Source: Lytechinus pictus
Lineage: Eukaryota
Length of the DNA: 64,000 bases
Assembly: GCF_037042905.1 (NCBI RefSeq)
Contig: NC_087252.1
Coordinates: 27,406,001 to 27,470,000 of the forward strand
Reading direction: 5' to 3'
Below, in pieces: positions 37,119 through 50,400 of this stretch (position 1 is the stretch's first letter; each line of letters opens with the position of its first letter). The notes under the pieces are model-generated. The model did no database searches, was not told where the DNA came from, and was given only the letters and a program-made list of their open reading frames with translations. The position numbers and the translations under genes are program-made.

Positions 37119-38130
37119 CAAGATGATTTTGATTCAATAAGTAAATGGCTAGACTTAAATAATATGCATTTACACCCGCAGAAAACAAAAGCCATGGTAT
37201 TTGGTCAAAAGAAAAAGTTGAGGGGTGCTCATTTGTCAGTGAAATTCAGGAACATACAATTAGAAAATGTAAAAAAGATTAAATACTTAGGTGTCATGCT
37301 TGATCCGGGCTTGACTTGGTGCGAACATATTACTAATATCGTTTGTAGAATATCTCGGGCAATAGGTTGTGTAAGGCGGATTAAGCACTTTCTGTCCTTT
37401 GATATTATGAAGAAGCTGTACTTTTCTATGATTTTACCTTACATTTATTACTGTATTACATCTTGGGGAAGCAGTGCAAAAATACATTTAGATAAGATAC
37501 AAAAACTTCAAAATAAATATGCCAGAATGCTTTTGAAAAAAGATTATAATACATCACAAATTTCTTTGTTGCAGTCACTGAAGTGGCAATCAGTAGATCA
37601 GCGTATAAAATATCAGTATTGTGTTCTTGTATATAAAATAATGAATGATTTAGTTCCAAATCATTTAAAACCTTTAGTATGTAAACGGCCCGTGAAATAC
37701 AGGACACGGCATTCTTTACGATGCCCCCTTCAGCTTCCCAAAGCTAGAATTGAACATAAAAGAAAATCTTTCGCATATGTCGGACCCAAATTATTTAATG
37801 CACTTCCTTCAAATTTACAAGTTTGTACCTCCTTGTTAGTTTTTAATTATGCAAAGCCTTTCATACGAATTGATAAAGAGCGAAATGATATTCCATTGAT
37901 TTACAATGCTATGTATGTTTAAATTGTCACTTCCCACTCTATATTTTGCTGTTAATTGTTTCTGATGTTAGATATTTTGTATTTTGTATTTTTGATGTTG
38001 TTTGTTGTTGTTGTTCATAGTTATCTTGACATGTATTTTAAACTGCAGGGCGCCTTTGTAAAGCAGTTTTAAGAACTGAACAGGCCTACCCTGCAGTATA
38101 AAATAAATAAAACAAAATAAATAAATAAAT
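37114..38130 (+). mobile_element. 5'-truncated LINE (CR1/L2-group), RT C-terminal fragment
   Basis: LQDDFDSISKWLDLNNMHLHPQKTKAM...IKYLGVMLD..LTW.EHI...QKLQNKYAR; (AAAT)n tail. Confidence 0.9.
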
Positions 38131-38142
38131 ATATATATATAT

Positions 38143-40396
38143 GGGTGATTCCATACGTGTCGTACGGGACATTTAGAGAACATTTGACATTTTTCGACAA
38201 GAAAAACAAAAAATATTCCAGTAAATAAAAGGTGATCATCAAGTACTACCAGAGTGTTAGGAAAACCAAGACTTAATATGACTTGAATTCACATCCTGTA
38301 TAATACAGATTTAAAATAGTAATGTGTCGTACGGAACGCAGAAAAGGTGGCTTTTTTGGAAACCTCAAGTTTGTACTCTAAAGTCTGTGAGTTGGACAGA
38401 TAATTTTCATAAAAGCTGGACTCAAATTGATATTCAATTACCCCAAAACAAACACCTATATGAAAGAAAGCAAAATAAACATTCATGAATGAATAAAGCA
38501 AATTATAATTTTCGTGAACATTGTGTCGTACGGGACACTCAAAATCTGTCGTACGGACATCTCTAAATGGACGCCAAACTTTCTTACTTTATGTATCTTT
38601 GACTTCTTCAATAACTTAACTTGGCTGGTGACAATGATAGTCCTATCAAACTAAAGACATTCATTATGTTAGAAACCGCTATTGGCTTAATATTTCTGTC
38701 AATATATCATAAACAAAATACTGTGTCGTACGGGACACTTGTGTGTCGTACGGGACACTTGTGTGTCGTACGGGACACCTGTGTGTTGTACAGGCAATTG
38801 CGTGTTGTACTGGAGAGCCTGTATAAAACAATAAACTTTTTATCAATCAGAAAGGGAGCAGTGCCCCTAAATTCTTCCTTTTTAATGAAAAACCTTAAGT
38901 ATAGTCATTCAGGACAATATAATTAAGTAACCTCATTCTATCCATTATATATATATATATACAACTGGGAGCAATATATCATCATTTTTTCATGATGGGA
39001 AATGTACAATGGTTCACAGCATTTTTAAGAGCTTAAAAAATCGAGGTTTTGTATGAAGTTAAATTTCAGTGAATTAAGTGATGATTTCCAATACACTTTT
39101 TAAACAATGAATGAATGAAACTGTGTTTGTGTAAATTATGGGGCTAAAATGTTATGATTTTTCATATAAAATGTATATATATGATATAATTTATGTCACA
39201 ACTGTCACTTGTAATTCCACAAAATGTTTTTTTCTAAAGAAATGCGGTTTTACTTTTTTTAACTTTTCTGCATTTCATGAAACCATATGGTTTGTCTAAT
39301 TTTCCAGTTTTTTTTTTTTTTACATGGTTTGTCTTATTTTCCAGATTTTTTTAACAACTTGAGAAAAGTAAGGAGTTTCAATACTGTATATAAACAAATT
39401 AGTGATTATCAAGGTAGGTCCAAATAGATTACTGATATGTAAATATTTGTTTTCTTAAATCTAATAACAATTTCACAATAGCATGCAAGAGGAAATCATC
39501 TTCCATGCTAGGGTGAATTAATTATAAAGGGTTTCTTTTCATGCTCAATGACAAAGAAATTAACCAGCTCTGACCAGTGATAATCCCCAGTTTAGCTGAA
39601 GGGATTCACAAAAGATTAGGCCTACATGAAGTCAATTAAAATGGTTAGAATCACCTATTTCATGTCCTATGGATATTAAAAAATACCTATTCAGTTTACT
39701 TAATGTCAAATCAATTACTTAAACTAAAATAGACCCTCTGTTTATAGTTTCTAAATCCAAATCCTGCAATGAAATCCAGTATAATTATTGTGTGTCGTAT
39801 GGGACATGTCCCGTACGACACACATTGTGTCGTACGGGAAAACTTTTACTAGGACAATTATTGAAAATGAAGGGCAGTAATTAGATCCTTATAGGATAAA
39901 TCGATCATGGGTCAAAGATAGAGAAACTGATATTGTAAGATTGCACCATCAAGAATAAAAATGTAGGAAAAAATTGCATTTTCATGTGTCGTACGGGACA
40001 TTGCCAAAAATAGGTTCAGAAAAATCAGGGCTGCCCCTATTATGGATCATGAAAATGTAGATATTATTTGGAATCATCAATGCTACATTATTCCTTTGAC
40101 CTGCAATATTTTCAATCTTCTTGTGCTTTGCAAATAATGGTTTCAGGCAGTTTTTGTACTTGATTACTTAATCAGCAAAATTATTGAAAATTGAAAACTC
40201 CATTGTTTCCCCCCCCAAAAAAAAAAACTATATCTGACTTCACTTTTGGTTAAAACTCATAATTTTCATAAAATCTAGGTATCATAGTAAAATATTACAC
40301 TACTAATGACTTATTGAAAGCATGTTGCAAATTTATGATATTTTTGAAGTTCTAGCATAGAGGTAGTACCTCCATGGTTCTAGTGTGGAATCGCCC
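38143..40396. mobile_element. Non-autonomous DNA transposon in a TA tract (Sola1-like, tentative)
   Basis: TIRs GGGTGATTCCATAC / GTGTGGAATCGCCC, ATAT on both flanks, and about 10 internal GTGTCGTACGGGACA motifs. Confidence 0.7.
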
Positions 40397-41858
40397 ATAT
40401 ATATATATATATATAGTCTGCAAGCACAAACTCATATTTGACACTTCAATCAAGTCTAGAGTGAAGACTAGACTCCAAAGCCTCTGACTGTGAGAGCCAG
40501 CCACAGTACATAGTGAATCTAGTCTCACTACTTCAGACTCTGCATAGTATGCGAATTGCTAAAACTAAGGGTCTGAGCCTGCAGACTAGCATAAATATAT
40601 ATATATATATACTTATGCTCGCGCAAATATTCTCTAATGAATGATACGCGCCGTATAAGCTAAAACAACAACTTTTTTTTATATAGGTCTCTCAGTTACG
40701 ATGTGAAGGAAAGCTTGTCATATGAACATACATGCAGTATCAGGGAGTAATTATGATTAAACCATACTCACTAATTGTGGATATAACTGTAGCTAGTCGC
40801 ATGGTATCCAATACAGCTTTTATGTAGGGCTAATGATCCGTGGTAACTAAATGAATGAAGTATATTTGCGAAGTAGCTAATATCCCCAATGTATCACACG
40901 TAGTCTACAGTGCTTATAGAGAATGAGCTATATGAACATTGTACGGGCTCATTCATTTCGGACGGCAGAGGATATTGACCAAAAGCTATGGCTTATTATA
41001 ACCATTTCATCATAAATCCATTAGAGTCATATATTTTCCACAGAAAGGCTGACAAAGGAGAAGCATGGGCAATCATTGTCATTGCCGTGTAAATATTGGC
41101 GTGCGTTGCATGGCAATATATCGCGTACGGATATGACCTTTGTACAAGTTTGTATTGATTATTACTGATGAGCCACAGAATCAAGTATAATAGGCCCGGA
41201 TAATAGGGCCTGGCTTCGAGCAAAAAGACGCATAATTTCAAACTCTTTACAAAATTAAAGACCGAATACACATTTGGTAAGCCGTCTAAGTTGTTTTTTC
41301 AAGAAATGGTCAGACACGAAATTGTACACCAATCAATCGCCGAGAGATTTTTTGTTGTTGTATTTTTTAATCAATCGCCGAGAGATTTTTTGTTGTTGTA
41401 TTTTTGAAGTATAGTACGAAGTAGACCGATAGGCCTATGAACAAGTATAATAGGGCCTGGCATGTAGTAAAAAATATAGTGTTCCATAATTTGATTTCAG
41501 ACTTTTTTATATATCTTTAATTAATTCAGACTTTTTTTATATATCTTTAATTAATTCAAACAATAAAATATGGATTTTCATTTTTTTTTTCACATTTTGT
41601 CATCCTTGTTGCGATACTCTACCCAATTTTATCTGAATCTTAAATAGTTGGTATATTATTCCTCAGCAGATTCCGAGATGGAGATTTATTTGGACCATAC
41701 CACTTCAGACTGTGGGCGTCGCCGCAATTTTCACTATTTAGCAAAAGTTTCCGTCTGTGACAACCTATTGTTTAGTATTCACTATATAAAATTAAGGGTT
41801 GAAATACTTGAAATGGGCATAATTTGAAAGTATATTGATTTTATTATTTAATTAAGTA

Positions 41859-42038
41859 TTATGCCGCAGTCACATTTCCCCTACGGCGGCCGTACGACGA
41901 GTCGAAAACAGCAGTTTTAACATTTTTCTTTGGGGGGGGGGTACCAGCTAAAAATAGGTGGTTTGAATAAAAATGTATAAAAAGGGCTGTTTTTGACTAG
42001 CCGTACGGCCGCCGTAGGGGAAATGTGACTGCAGCATA
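41859..42038. mobile_element. Hairpin MITE
   Basis: GCAGTCACATTTCCCCTACGGCGGCCGTACG inverted at both ends. Confidence 0.75.
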
Positions 42039-42059
42039 ACCCAAGTCCAAAATAGACGG

Positions 42060-42180
42060 ACGAGATAGACATGGGACCAGGGACCTCGGAGTTTCCCTTT
42101 GTAATTACGTCCAAGGTCAATTTACTCGGACGTAATTGCAAAGGGAAACTCGGAGGTCCCTGGTCCCATTTATATCTCGT
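42060..42180. repeat. Near-perfect ~55-bp-arm palindrome (MITE-like)
   Basis: ATGGGACCAGGGACCTCGGAGTTTCCCTTTG followed by its near-exact reverse complement. Confidence 0.75.
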
Positions 42181-43927
42181 ACGTCAATGACACTGAACCG
42201 TTCTTTGATTTGCATACCAATAGGAAACCATGACAACCCAACATGTATTTACTAGAACACTTGGTGAGAATTTTAACGATAAACCCTTCAGATGTTACTT
42301 TGAAAATGTTAAATGCATTTAAAGAAAACTGTCCGTCCAAACTGACCACACAGAGAAAAAGAGAGAGAGACGAGGAAGGGTGATAGATTCGGGGGGGGGG
42401 TCAAGTTTTGAGAGATTTAGCAAAATAGGGAAATTTTCACCCCCAAAATATGATTTTTTTTGGGGGGAGTTGCAGAGATGGAAGAGTTACTTATCGGGTT
42501 AAGAGCATAAAAGGGAAGCATGGTAAATACCTAGCTAGTAACTCCTTTGCAGTGTTCCTATTCTTATTGACATTCCTCTGTTTTGACATACAAGGCAAGC
42601 AAATGTGAATATGCATTCAAGACAGAATTGGCACTTTACATAGTTCCCATGAGACATTTTCAGACATACCGATAGCAAATTTCAGCATTTTGCCATTTAT
42701 TCGAATGTCCTTTTCCTCAGCTGTGATATCAAATTTGCCTCCAAGTGTTTAAACAACTGTTTGGCATGTAATATCATTATCCATCATTTGTTTTTCAATT
42801 ATCCTGATGGACTTATCAATTCTAAATCTAGGAACACTCAATGTCAGAAATTTCCCCTCAAAATATGTTCACAGTCCCATGCAAGAGAGAACAAGTATCA
42901 GGATATAACCCTTGAACTCAAGCAAAAAAGAAAGGCCCCCAAAATCCTAAAATGTCCCCTTAAAAGTTTTGGCTTTTATATTTGCTCACTTATCCATAAC
43001 TCCATGGATCCTTTTATTATTTTTGTATAAGCAACTTGGTCAATCAGTGTAGGAATACTCTAACAGTGATATTGAGCTTTAAACCATTTAGATAACAAAA
43101 TAGGTAATTTAGATTGAGGGGAGATTCACTTTTTGTGTAAATATGATTATATGCATACACAGCGAATAATAAGCTGGTGGCCAGAATAAACATAACATCA
43201 GCAAATCGAGAAAACGATCACTCTCGAGATATTCATATATGAATTTTGCGCTAAATGATTTATTGCTTTGGTATATAATTAAAGAAACATAATTATATAA
43301 TACATTTCTTATTACATATGTCTAAAATAATATAAACGGATGCATCATTTTAGCAAATGAAAGTGAAAATGCAAAGGAAGTGAATCCACTTCAAGAGCAA
43401 TTTACACAGAAATATGAATTTTTGATCTGGGTTCCTAAAACATCAAAGATAAAACCAATTGTATAATAGACCAGTTCGTAGTTACTTCATGGACAATTTG
43501 GGTCAAATGACCTTTCATTTCTTTCATTATGATAGGCAGATTTCAAAGCAAGATATTACGTAAGCATGCCTTACATAGCAGGATGAAGAAATTGAATAGA
43601 CCAGGTGACTAGAATATCACACAAATGAACACTCTATGAAGGTATTTGTTGCATTCCTACTTTGAATGCATATCATAGCATGTTGCACAATGTACTTGGC
43701 AAACTGTGAAATACCAGTCGTCCGTGGACGCATTGTTGTTGTTTTTGGATGTAGATGAAAAACACAATTCAAAAGAATATATGAATAATCAAGACATCAA
43801 AGTTGGTGCTTATCTCATTAGATTTTAAACCATTAAACCATGTCATTCTAGTACAAATGACCTTCCTCTGATCATGCGCAGAATCTTTTGATCATGCGCA
43901 GAAAGGAACTACGAACTGGCTTATTAA

Positions 43928-44432
43928 AGGGGCAGTTCACCCTAACAAAGAGTTTAGTGTGAAAATAGCAGAAAAAATAATTTAAAAAATATTGGCGAAG
44001 GTTTGAGAAAAATCCATCAAAGAATATAAAAAATTATTAGAATATTAAGTTGTTTGATCTGTGATGTCATATGCGAGCATCTTTCCCACATATCATACGG
44101 AAGATAATCAATAAAATGTCATTTTCTTAGAAAATTGAAAATAGTGTTTATTGTGCCTTCAGTATATCAATAGACAAATAAGTTCACGCCCACTACTGAA
44201 AGAACTAAAATCATAAGTCACCAAGGCAAGAACCATTAAAAAATTGAAATTTATGGATTTTACATTACATAACATATGGGGAAGCTGCTCGTATATGACG
44301 TCACAAATCAAAAATTTAAAATTCAAATAACTTTCTTAATCTTTGATGGATTTTTGTCAAACCTTCAACGATATTTTTTACTTATTTATCTGCTATTTTT
44401 ACAACAAACTTTTCGTCAGGGGGAACTTCCCT
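43928..44432. mobile_element. TTAA-type MITE
   Basis: TTAA|AGGGGCAGTTCACC...GGGAACTTCCCT with inverted arms. Confidence 0.65.
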
Positions 44433-44800
44433 ACAAATACATGACTGTAAGTCTATGACCAACAATTGTAAGCATCAATTTGTTGAAACAAGTGTTCAGT
44501 TTTTATCACGGTCTCAGTATAAGTAGGGACAGTGATTTTGTGCGGTTGCTGAAAACAGACAGTATTCACAGAAACTGCCTTTTGATACGGAAAGTTATAA
44601 TAAGTATTAGTTGAGTTTCAAGTTGGCTCTGAAATCAATGAATCTCATTAGTCCTGAAAAGTATCAAATCTATTTGATTGTCAGCTCCAATTATTATTAT
44701 TTTTTTACCCTACCCTGTATAAAAGCGTAAAAGTTACCACCAAATTGTGATTTAAATTTCCAATTTGTTCATTGGTGCTTGTCTTGTGTCAAATACTTAA

Positions 44801-45403
44801 AGGACAAGTCCACCCCAACAAAAACTTGATTTGAATAAAAAGAGAAAAATTCAACAAGCATAACACTAAAAATTTCATCAAAATCGGATGTAAAATAAGA
44901 AAGTTATGACATTTTAAAGTTTCGCTTCATTTCACAAAACAGTTATATGCACATCTCGGTCGGTATGCAAATGAGGGAACTGATGACATAACTCACTCAC
45001 TATTTCTTTTGTATTTTATTATATGAAATATGAAATATTTTGATTTTCTCGTCATTGTCATGTGAAATGAAGTTTCATTCCTCCCTGAACACGTGGAATT
45101 CCATTATTTTAACATTTTGTGCTTCATGCAAGGAGGTCCTAATCATCAAATTCGTAAAAATTGAAATATTGTATAATTAAAACAATAAAAAACAAAAGAA
45201 ATAGTGAGTGAGTGACATCATCGACTCTCTCATTTGGATGTAACTGGCTCGTTCATATAACTATTTTGTTAAAAATAAGCGAAACTTTGAAATGTCATAA
45301 CTTTCTTATTTTACATCCGATTTTGATGAAATTTTCAGCATTGTGCTTGCCTGATTTTTCTCTATTGATACAAATCAACATTTTTCTGAGGTGGACTTGA
45401 CCT
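44801..45403. mobile_element. TTAA-flanked MITE (Kolobok-like)
   Basis: TTAA|AGGACAAGTCCACC...GGTGGACTTGACCT|TTAA. Confidence 0.9.
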
Positions 45404-47405
45404 TTAATCAGATGCTCTACTTCGTTATATGATTGTACATATACATGCTCTTGATGTGGAGGAACTCAAATTTAATTCAATTCCATTTATATGTGATTGC
45501 AGCAAAAACAGAGAAGGTCTAAAATGCCTTGTTATTCTGAGTACATCAATATGTTACATTTAAAACATACACAAACACATTGCATCACTGGATATTTCTC
45601 AACATAAGCAGTGACAAAAAAAAAATTATCACTTATAATTATGTGTAGAGTCTAATTGATTCAGTGGGCAGTACGAATATAGTATAAAGCAGGTTCGAAG
45701 ATGACAGTTTATGCATGACTGATCATAAGCAAGCTGAATATAATGAAATAGTTTTTACTTGATGTGGGTAATGTTATAAAACATTATCACTCATTCATAG
45801 CAAGATTGGACGTGTGAATCGAAAGTATAGCTCTGGGAATGTGACTGAATAATCTATATAAGATACTTTGGTAATGAGTAGGATTAATTGTCATATGTTG
45901 CTAGCAAAGCAATGCAATACTAGATATATTCTTAAAAAGAATTATCTTCCATGTGTTGACTCAAAGACTAATGTAAGAGCAAAGTCTAATGAGCACTGGG
46001 TGAAAACCGAGGAAGTAGTTTGACCAAGAGTCCGCCAGACTGTTCTCCTGCCCGACTGTGCACTGAATCGTATATAACTCCTTGAAACTTTCCTTGGCAG
46101 GGAGCATAATTGCTTCCATCAGCGCAGTATTTCAGACAAAATTACCTATCAAAAATGTGTTTTTCCCCTCTTTCAAGAGGAATTTCTTCAAAGTCGAACA
46201 TACATACACGATCCAAACAGATAGTTTACATTCATATATCAAATCAAGGAGATTATAAAGTGTTTATTATTTCTACACTGTTACAATACATACTTCCACA
46301 ATGAATTTCAGTTGCTCGTATATATATGAATACACTATAAAAAAACAACACCATCTCACATTATTATCCACTAACAGATGGTCTTTTCCTTAGATCGCCC
46401 AACAGTATCATGGCTTAACCTACATGGTCTAATACCAATTCGGTCTACCGCCCATTTCATAGAACCATCACTTGGTCAACTATTATTTATTCTAATGCCC
46501 AGATTAGAACGTCTAATCTCCTCTTCATCTACTTTTTATGTTGCACTTTGTCAAATGAAACTTTGGTTCGTAAATGGGCTGAATGGCAATTAGACCAAAT
46601 GGTTACTAGGAAAATTGATTGGAGACGAAGTAGGGTTAGAGCATGTGGGACGAGATTAATAGGAAAGACGACGAAGTGGGTGAAGACCAAATGGCAATTT
46701 TCCAAATAACCTACCATAGAAAATTGATTAGCTCATACCTGGAATGGTAAAAAAAGTAATTGTTGGTAAAGTGCATGATATATTTGTCTAACTCTAAATT
46801 TATGTTTACAGTTATGTCATAGATGCCAGATTATGATTCATAGATATAGATCGCCTACTGTGCATTTCAAGATTGTACCTTCAAAAGTGTCAAAGGACGC
46901 ACTTCTTCAAGTAGTACTGAAATTATACGGTGCCTCAAAAGAACGGTGGTTTCCTAGGGCAATCACATATTGCTTAGCATATGCAGTTTTGCTGAGGCAC
47001 TGTGTAGAGTGCAAGACAAATAGCAGTGCTAACAGACTGGTACAATGTCCCATCTTTGTATTCTCAGTCCATAGACGTGAATGGGTTTCAGTACTGAGAT
47101 GTTAGTACCGTCTCTCCCTCTTTGCTTGACTCCTATACTAAAAGACTGGTTAGATGCCCGATCTTTGCATTCTCAGTCAATAGGCATGAATGGGTTGGTA
47201 GTGTTGAGATGTTAGTACCGTCTGCCTCTCTTTGCTTGACTCCTGCACTAACAGATTTGTAAGATGTCCTATCTTTGCATTCTCAGTCCATATAATTCTT
47301 AATGTGCACATTTCCACCATTCAAACTGCAGTGCTAGGACTGGTAACAAGTCCTATCTTTGCATTCTCAGTCCACAGGCATGAATGGGTTTGCAGTATCG
47401 AGATG

Positions 47406-50400
47406 TTAGTACCGTCTGCCTCTCTTAGGTTGACTCCGGTTGGACGAGCTCATTGCACTGAACGGGTCATCACTGTCATTCTGTTATTATAAATACAACA
47501 CATTCAAATGAATTTCAATTCACACACAAAAAGACAACTGTGAAGAATGTGGAGAAGGAGGAAGAGAAGAAGGATGGGGAGAAGGAGAAAGAGAAGAAAA
47601 GAACGAGGAAAGGGAAAACGAAATTGGAGAAGGAGAAGGAAAAGAAGGAGAAGAAGAAGGAGAAGAAGAAGAAGAAGGAGAAGAAGAAGGAGAAGAAGAA
47701 GGAGAAGAAGAAGGAGAAGAAGAAGAAGAAGAAGAAGAAGAAGAAGAAGAAGAAGAAGAAGAAGAAGAAGAAGAAGAAGAAGAAGAAGAAGAAGAAGAAG
47801 AAGAAGAAGAAGAAGAAGAAGAAGAAGAAGAAGAAGAAGAAGAAGAAGAAGAAGAAGAAGAAGAAGAAGAAGAAGAAGAAGAAGAAGAAGAAGAAGAAGA
47901 AGAAGAAGAAGAAGAAGAAGGAGAAGGAGAAGGAGAAGGAGAAGGAGAAGAAGAAGAAGAAGAAGAAGAAGAAGAAGAAGAAGAAGAAGAAGAAGAAGAA
48001 GAAGAAGAAGAAGAAGAAGAGAAAGAAGAAGAAGAAGAAGAAGGAGAAGGAGAAGAAGAAGGAGAAGAAGAAGAAGAAGGAGAAGAAGAAAAGGAGAAGA
48101 AGAAGAAGAAGTAGAAGAAGAAGAAGAAGAAAGGGGGAGGAGGAGGAAGGGAATAATAAGAAGATTAAAGACAAAGACGAAGAAGAAGAAACAGAACAAG
48201 AAGCAGAAAAAAGTGATGTGTGATCTACTTCACTCGATATCTACAACACATACATGTATAAAAACAGTGACAAGACATTCGTTCTGGCAAGGAGCAAATG
48301 TCATTTGCTCTGGTCTTGATATTTCAGAGGACATATGGTTAGAGTTAGGACTGTAATAGAGTTTTTGGTTCTGAATAATGTAAATAAAATAATAAAGGGT
48401 TATTTAGTTTTGAAGGTTAGGTTTTATGTTTGGCTTTAACGTTCAGATTTTCCACCGGAGTAAATATCGCCGGAGCAAATGTCATTGAACCATAAAAACA
48501 TAACACTGAAATCATCTGAGGTAAACCATTACATTTAATTCAAAGAGATGTGATGGCAGATTGGCAATCAACTGTTTGAAATCCAAATTTGTAAAAAGTA
48601 TTTCTATTCTTACCTCTGAGGAGTCACTGATTTCAATCACATTTTTTGACCTAGCAAGCAAGAAAAAAACATGAAAATATCGATTAAATAATAAAACAAA
48701 GGATACATCAAGAAAAATATTTCTATGTAGAGCTGTAAATGATCCTTACATTTGATTTTTTAATGTGTCAAAACATTTGGACTTCGTCGCAATCCAAACA
48801 GCGCCAGCTCGAGTCTAAAAACTACTCATGGTCCCTGAAACATTACCCAGGATTCAACATTTCTCAAAACAAATACCAACTAGAATGATTATATATTTCC
48901 CAAATTTCATATAACAAGACTTGCAAAGAAACAAAATGTTACAGTATGCCTCCAGGCATTTTTTTTTTTTCGAACTGAAGGAAAAAGAAAAAAATATATA
49001 AATTAGAATTTCCAAAATGTTTCTGGTTGTTTTATGAGGGAGTTTATGAATCAAGACTATAAGATAATCCTATTAAACAAAATGAAGATAAAGAAGGAGA
49101 ATGAGAAAAGATCGTAACAGACAGGTATGCACCAAAGACACTTACGTTGTTTTCCGTTTAGCTGTTTTATTGTTTCTTGACACTGGCATGGAATCCATAT
49201 CGTCGACATCATCATCCTAGAAGAAAAATCATTATCATTATCATCGTTGCCATCACTATTGTAATCAGTATTGTCATCACCTTCACTATAATCATCATTC
49301 CTCGTCCGCTTTCTCCTCATCATCTTCTACATCATCATCATCTTCATCCCGAATCTTCATCATCGTCATCATCATTTTCATCATCTTCATCATCACCATC
49401 ATAATCATCATCATCTTCATTATCATCTTCATCATCATCACCATCATCACTATCATCATCTTCATCATCGTTTCCTCATCTCAATCTCACCTCAAATGCA
49501 ATGGCTCCCGGTTTGGTTCTGTTGCTTGATGAAGACGCGTTTGCAAAGGATGTCATCAGGAGACTCTGTTTGGAAGCTGCTGACCCTCGACTTGATGAAC
49601 TTTGACCTCTTCCTCCTCTGCTACCCCTGCCACCTCTGCTTCCTCTTCCTGTGCTCAAGTTGTGCATATAACACGAATGATGATGAAGTATGTAACTCCC
49701 ACAAAAATGTAAAAAAGTATCATTCAATATCAGACATGAACTTATAATGATACCTCTGCTTAAATTGTTATTGATGCTGATTTGCTGTTGTTCTTTCTCT
49801 AATTATTAGTCATATGATTAATAAAACCTACGTTTCAAAATAACCATTAAGTGTTTTTCTTCCGCCTGCCCCGTCACTCCCTGGTAGTCATCCCAATTGT
49901 TCGTTATCACTGCTACAGTGCACAACTATTCTCCTCATCTTCACAGTTCAATTTGAGTCATACCTCTTGTGGTGCAGGAAGTTGCCCCCTCTTCCTCCTG
50001 CACCCCTCCTGGTAATTACAAAGAGGTTATCCCAAATGCCCCTTTTTATCTACTACACTATCCTATTATGCAGGCAACTTTGAAAAATAATTTGGGGGCT
50101 ACTTTTCACAAGTTACTGTCTAAATCTGCAACATTCAATGAGCTTTAAAGGCGACCGCACACCTTACGATTGGTCTGCGACTCAATTTTGGAATAAAACG
50201 TAGAAATTCACGCTTATATTGAGACTTGGAATATCTTGCTGTGTAATGTTCGAAATCATTGTACGGATACCCATGTTCAAATCTGTGACTATGCTATCAT
50301 CCTCCTTAGAATAAAAGCAAATTTAATATCTAGTCGTAATGACGTCATAGCAGTCGTACGATTGGCTACGATTTGAAACTTATTTGGCATTTACTCCAAA

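Noticed and set aside
36805..37195. (YI)n ORFs and the N-terminus of the 344-aa ORF
   Set aside because: Read-through of a (TA)n tract into a LINE fragment.
38510..40000. GTGTCGTACGGGACA repeats as a CRISPR-like array
   Set aside because: Irregular spacing, no spacer structure, no cas genes, eukaryotic context; they sit inside a TIR-bounded transposon.
47504..48356. Long poly-L, F, K and R ORFs
   Set aside because: Translations of the GAA microsatellite.
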